From the NCBI GenBank assembly GCA_964394835.1, contig CAYMZA010000003.1:1-41189 (forward strand): a stretch of 41,189 nt of DNA, read 5' to 3'. The position numbers and the translations under genes were made by a program. The DNA comes from an uncultured Gammaproteobacteria bacterium. Lineage in GTDB: Bacteria > Patescibacteriota > Patescibacteriia > UBA1558 > GWA2-36-10. This document shows positions 38,250 through 41,189 of this stretch, piece by piece; the first letter of the stretch is position 1; the number at the start of each line of letters is the position of its first letter. The notes beneath the pieces are model-generated. The model saw only the letters and a list, made by a program, of their open reading frames with translations, did no database searches and was not told the DNA's origin.

Positions 38250-39359
38250 TTATTTAATTTCTTTAATTATGAATTGTTTTAAAGCTTCATAGTATTTTTC
38301 TAAACTTTGTATAGAAACATACTCTCCTTTACCATGGTGATTATTACCATATGGTCCAAAAATAACCGAAGGAATGCCTATAGCAGAAGTATATCGTAAA
38401 TCTGAAGAACCATGTTCTTTGCCTAGTTTAACTTCCTTACCAGAGCATTCTTCTACTGACTCCTTTAACTTAGTTATAATATCAACATTATCAGGATTTA
38501 ACAACATCTGACATTCTTCTAATATCTCGATTTCAATATCTGGTATCTTTTTTATTTTTTCTAATATCTCTGGAATAGAAGTTTCTTCTGTATATCTAAT
38601 ATCTACAGTTAACTCTGCACTTTCTGCAACCTTATTAGTAATATCACCACCTTTAATAGTCCCAATATTTACAGTTGTTTTCCATCTATTATCTTCAGTG
38701 GTTTCTTCAAAAATACTTTTAATATCTTTAATCTTACTTACAAGTTTTTCTATAGCATTATCACCTAACCAAGGTCTTGATCCATGACAAGATTTACCCT
38801 TAGTTTTAATCTTTAACCACAATACTCCTTTTTCAGCTATAGTAATATTAAAACTATTTTCAGTAGCATGACCAGGTTCTGCTGCTATAGCAAAGTCTGC
38901 AGAATATCCCTTCTCTTCTACTAAATACTTAGTTCCATCAAAACCACCTATTTCTTCATCAGATACAATCATTAAAGCTATATCAGGCTGAATATCTTCT
39001 TTACCTAACTCTTTAATTAATAATAAATCAGCAGCAACTCCCCCTTTCATATCTACAGCTCCACGACCATATATTTTTTCATCTTTTATAAAAGGAGTAT
39101 ATTGCTCTTCATCACATGGTACTACATCAATATGTCCGTTTAATAATAGCTTAGGTTTTTTGTTGCCAGTGTATGAAATATATAAAGCTGTTTTACCTTT
39201 GTTAATATATTCTTTAATACTAACATCAGTATCTTTAAGGTATTCCTTAATATACTTAATGCACTTTTTAACCTCCTCTGGGTTATCACTTGTTGTTTTA
39301 AACTTAATTAAATCTTGTGTTAATTTAATTAATTCTTTTTTAATGTTTTCTTGTTTCAT
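38250..39359 (-). CDS. M20 family metallopeptidase (ArgE/DapE-like)
   Basis: NGHIDVVP, YGRGAVDMKG, SDEEIGG and HGSRPWLGDNAI. Confidence 0.92.
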   Translation of the reverse strand: MKQENIKKELIKLTQDLIKFKTTSDNPEEVKKCIKYIKEYLKDTDVSIKEYINKGKTALYISYTGNKKPKLLLNGHIDVVPCDEEQYTPFIKDEKIYGRGAVDMKGGVAADLLLIKELGKEDIQPDIALMIVSDEEIGGFDGTKYLVEEKGYSADFAIAAEPGHATENSFNITIAEKGVLWLKIKTKGKSCHGSRPWLGDNAIEKLVSKIKDIKSIFEETTEDNRWKTTVNIGTIKGGDITNKVAESAELTVDIRYTEETSIPEILEKIKKIPDIEIEILEECQMLLNPDNVDIITKLKESVEECSGKEVKLGKEHGSSDLRYTSAIGIPSVIFGPYGNNHHGKGEYVSIQSLEKYYEALKQFIIKEIK

Positions 39360-39402
39360 GTTTTTAATTTAGTTGTATATTTAATTTAATTATTGTAATA
39401 GT

Positions 39403-39437
39403 GTGGGTGGCTTAAACATTATATTTAAACCACCCAC
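39403..39437. terminator. GC-rich hairpin downstream of the two orphan genes
   Basis: GTGGGTGG-cTTAAA...TTTAAa-CCACCCAC; weak U-tract. Confidence 0.45.
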
Positions 39438-39441
39438 TATT

Positions 39442-39633
39442 TTACAAAAAGAATGCAGTATCTTCTCCACCGCTATTTTCAAATAACGGTGAAGAATCTA
39501 CATCACAATCTTCCTGATTAAAGTGAGGCGAACATTCTTCTGCTTCCACAAAATTCAATTCATCCTCTGGGTTATAACCATCGATATATTGACGACATTT
39601 ACCCCTCCTAGTGTCTGGCATTCTCTTACTCAT
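39442..39633 (-). CDS. Hypothetical 63-aa protein (basic N-terminus, acidic C-terminus)
   Basis: AAGGAG SD 6 nt upstream; follows the 95-aa gene. Confidence 0.55.
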   Translation of the reverse strand: MSKRMPDTRRGKCRQYIDGYNPEDELNFVEAEECSPHFNQEDCDVDSSPLFENSGGEDTAFFL

Positions 39634-39657
39634 GACTAACTCCTTTCTTTTTTGTTG

Positions 39658-39945
39658 TTAAAATGATGAGTTGATAGCATCAAGATTCCACTTAATACGT
39701 TGCAGTAGAATACGAGTTGCTTTCTTGCGCCATTCAGGTACGTTAACAATGATACAACGCAGACTCTGATCACTAATGTTATTGTGTGACAAAAGTTCTT
39801 CAGCAGCCCTTTCACGCCAATTAGGATTATTACGAATAACTTCTTCTAGCTTAGAACTGTTAGGGTTACTAGTAACAAAATCTAACCAAGCACGCTGTAC
39901 AGCAATAGTTTGAGGAGATTGACACTCCCAAAATTGATTTTTCAT
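39658..39945 (-). CDS. Hypothetical 95-aa protein with about 24-aa helical repeats
   Basis: AAGGAGGTGA SD; internal repeat L..II.N.P.WR..A...LL. Confidence 0.7.
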   Translation of the reverse strand: MKNQFWECQSPQTIAVQRAWLDFVTSNPNSSKLEEVIRNNPNWRERAAEELLSHNNISDQSLRCIIVNVPEWRKKATRILLQRIKWNLDAINSSF

Positions 39946-39973
39946 GATTCACCTCCTTTTGGTGTTAAAGAAC

Positions 39974-40002
39974 AAAAAATGACTATCAGTTATTGATAGT
40001 CA
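39974..40002 (-). terminator. Attenuator terminator, unit B
   Basis: TGACTATCA-ATAAC-TGATAGTCA followed by TTTTTT. Confidence 0.8.
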
Positions 40003-40031
40003 ACATATACATTTTACCTAATTATATAATA

Positions 40032-40121
40032 TTAACTATCAAAAAATACAAAGAACCATACACGAAACATTTTCATGTAATGAGCCTTAGATGTATAATG
40101 TTTTAAGTTAATACTCGTCAT
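40032..40121 (-). CDS. 29-aa putative leader peptide B: MTSINLKHYTSKAHYMKMFRVWFFVFFDS
   Basis: Not in the ORF track. 19/29 identical to peptide A, with the same length and synonymous codon differences. Confidence 0.72.
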   Translation of the reverse strand: MTSINLKHYTSKAHYMKMFRVWFFVFFDS

Positions 40122-40140
40122 ATAATAATTAATGATTAAT

Positions 40141-40169
40141 AAAAAATAGCTATCCTATGTTGATAGCTA
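40141..40169 (-). terminator. Attenuator terminator, unit A
   Basis: TAGCTATC-AACATAG-GATAGCTA followed by TTTTTT. Confidence 0.8.
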
Positions 40170-40200
40170 ATTACTTTCTAAACCTATTTTATATAAAAAA

Positions 40201-40290
40201 TTAGCTTTCAACAGATACAATAAACCAACCACGGAACATTTTCATGTGATTAGCTTTACTTGTATAATGTTTTAAACTAATATTTTCCAT
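40201..40290 (-). CDS. 29-aa putative leader peptide A: MENISLKHYTSKANHMKMFRGWFIVSVES
   Basis: Not in the ORF track; paralog of the ORF 169 bp downstream. Confidence 0.72.
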   Translation of the reverse strand: MENISLKHYTSKANHMKMFRGWFIVSVES

Positions 40291-40309
40291 ATATTTATAT
40301 GTACTTTTA

Positions 40310-40338
40310 CATATATACTAAAAAAAAATTCTTGTCAA
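40310..40338 (-). promoter_or_regulatory. Possible promoter for the leader-peptide transcript
   Basis: Perfect TTGACA; imperfect -10 (TATATG at N17, TATATA at N15) across a T homopolymer. Confidence 0.4.
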
Positions 40339-40343
40339 GTAAT

Positions 40344-40374
40344 AAAAAATCCGTTATTAAATAACGAATTTTTT
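40344..40374 (-). terminator. Intrinsic terminator after rplA (possibly bidirectional)
   Basis: AATTCGTTAT-TTA-ATAACGGATT flanked by A and T tracts. Confidence 0.7.
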
Positions 40375-40377
40375 AAT

Positions 40378-41061
40378 TTATATTTTTAATTTAATTCCAG
40401 GCCCCATAGAAGATGATAATATAATGCTTTTTATAAAAACACCCTTTATACTCTGTGGTTTTAATTTCTTTAAAGCATCTATAAACACTTCTAAATTTTC
40501 TAATAGTTTTTCTTTAGAAAAAGATACCCTGCCTACCAAAACATGAAGATTACCACCTTTATCATTCTTAAATGACATTTTACCTTTTTTTAATTCTCCA
40601 ATCATTTTAGATAAATCAGTACCAATAGTATCTGTTTTAGGATTAGGCATTAAACCTCTTTGACCTAAAATTCTAGCTATACTAGAAAGGTTCTTCATCA
40701 TATCAGGTGTAGTTACAACAATATCAAAATCAGTTTTACCAGTTTTTTTAATTTCAGCAATCATATCTTCACTACCAACTATATCAGCTCCAGCGTCTTT
40801 AGATTCTTTTACTTTATCTTCTGAAACTATAGCTGCTATTTTTACTTTTTTACCAGTACCATGTGGTAATATAATTGAAGATCTAATAATCTGATCACTT
40901 TTTTTAGGATCTATACCTAAATTAACATGTAATTCTATAGAAGCATCAAACTTAACTTTAGATGTTTCTTGAATTAATTGTATAGCTTCTTCTAAAGAGT
41001 ATTCTTTAGTTTTATCAATTTTCTCTTTAGCTTCTTTTAATCTTTTGCTTATTTTACTCAT
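40378..41061 (-). CDS. rplA: 50S ribosomal protein L1
   Basis: KFDASIE, LPHGTGK, LGQRGLMPNPK and SSMGPGIK. Confidence 0.98.
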   Translation of the reverse strand: MSKISKRLKEAKEKIDKTKEYSLEEAIQLIQETSKVKFDASIELHVNLGIDPKKSDQIIRSSIILPHGTGKKVKIAAIVSEDKVKESKDAGADIVGSEDMIAEIKKTGKTDFDIVVTTPDMMKNLSSIARILGQRGLMPNPKTDTIGTDLSKMIGELKKGKMSFKNDKGGNLHVLVGRVSFSKEKLLENLEVFIDALKKLKPQSIKGVFIKSIILSSSMGPGIKLKI

Positions 41062-41075
41062 ATTTTTAAATTTTA

Positions 41076-41114
41076 GAGGTAATAATGATTAAACCGACAG
41101 ATTCAATCTCCCTC
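41076..41114 (-). promoter_or_regulatory. Putative uL1-binding autoregulatory RNA element
   Basis: GAGG/CCUC stem, asymmetric GA / AUUAUUA internal loop, and 9-bp GAUUGAAUC/GGUUUAAUC stem, 14 nt before the rplA start. Confidence 0.6.
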
Positions 41115-41115
41115 A

Positions 41116-41189
41116 TTATTTTTCAATTCTAACTCCCATTTGTCTAGCTGTTCCAGCTATAATCTTCTTAGCTGCTTCAATATCATTAG
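41116..41189 (-). CDS. rplK: 50S ribosomal protein L11, 3' end
   Basis: NDIEAAKKIIAGTARQMGVRIEK*, directly upstream of rplA. Confidence 0.95.
   Translation of the reverse strand, partial: NDIEAAKKIIAGTARQMGVRIEK

Noticed and set aside
1069-39372. Short antisense or out-of-frame ORFs in the track (e.g. 1069, 1737, 1876, 2324, 7387, 8266, 10379, 15991, 16393, 17665, 17872, 18555, 18902, 19288, 19816, 21273, 22085, 24074, 24099, 24828, 29412, 34021, 35015, 35283, 39160)
   Set aside because: They overlap well-supported genes, mostly show the S/L/I/F-rich composition of shadow frames, and have no recognisable motifs.
39403-39437. Integron attC site after the orphan genes (also the weak hairpin near 13514-13539)
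   Set aside because: No RYYYAAC/GTTRRRY boxes in the right arrangement, the two hairpins are not similar, and there is no integrase.
39974-40290. CRISPR, MITE or IS remnants as the explanation for the 169-bp duplication
   Set aside because: Only two diverged units, no terminal inverted repeats or target duplications, and divergence preserves the reading frame and RNA pairing.

Overview
Very AT-rich bacterial chromosomal window, almost entirely minus-strand. Gene content and style point to Patescibacteria/CPR, probably an ABY1-like lineage (inference): split ComEC, VirB2/TrbC-like pilin-fused giant proteins, TSP3-repeat membrane proteins and SD-less leaders. The backbone is housekeeping: partial rplK, rplA, M20 peptidase, pepA, pth, der, LCP, lepB, hisS, rpsU, yqeY, ybeY, dgkA, ftsA, ftsZ, nrdR, prfB, comEC, ndk, purA, rpmB, rpsL, rpsG and the start of fusA. 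A 12.5-kb surface-appendage module that includes a 2926-aa adhesin lies between yqeY and ybeY. Reading the intergenic DNA shows elements absent from the ORF track. (1) Two tandem 169-bp units each encode a conserved 29-aa peptide whose 3' end can pair with the 5' arm of the following terminator, suggesting a tandem translation-coupled attenuator. (2) A compact cobalamin riboswitch with kissing loop and terminator precedes a transcobalamin-like gene broken by one in-frame TGA. (3) A 140-nt 6S-like RNA. (4) An L1 autoregulatory site. (5) Housekeeping genes lack Shine-Dalgarno sequences, whereas rpsU and three orphan genes have strong ones. No rRNA, tRNA, CRISPR array or transposase was seen. All structures were paired by eye and no database searches were run.
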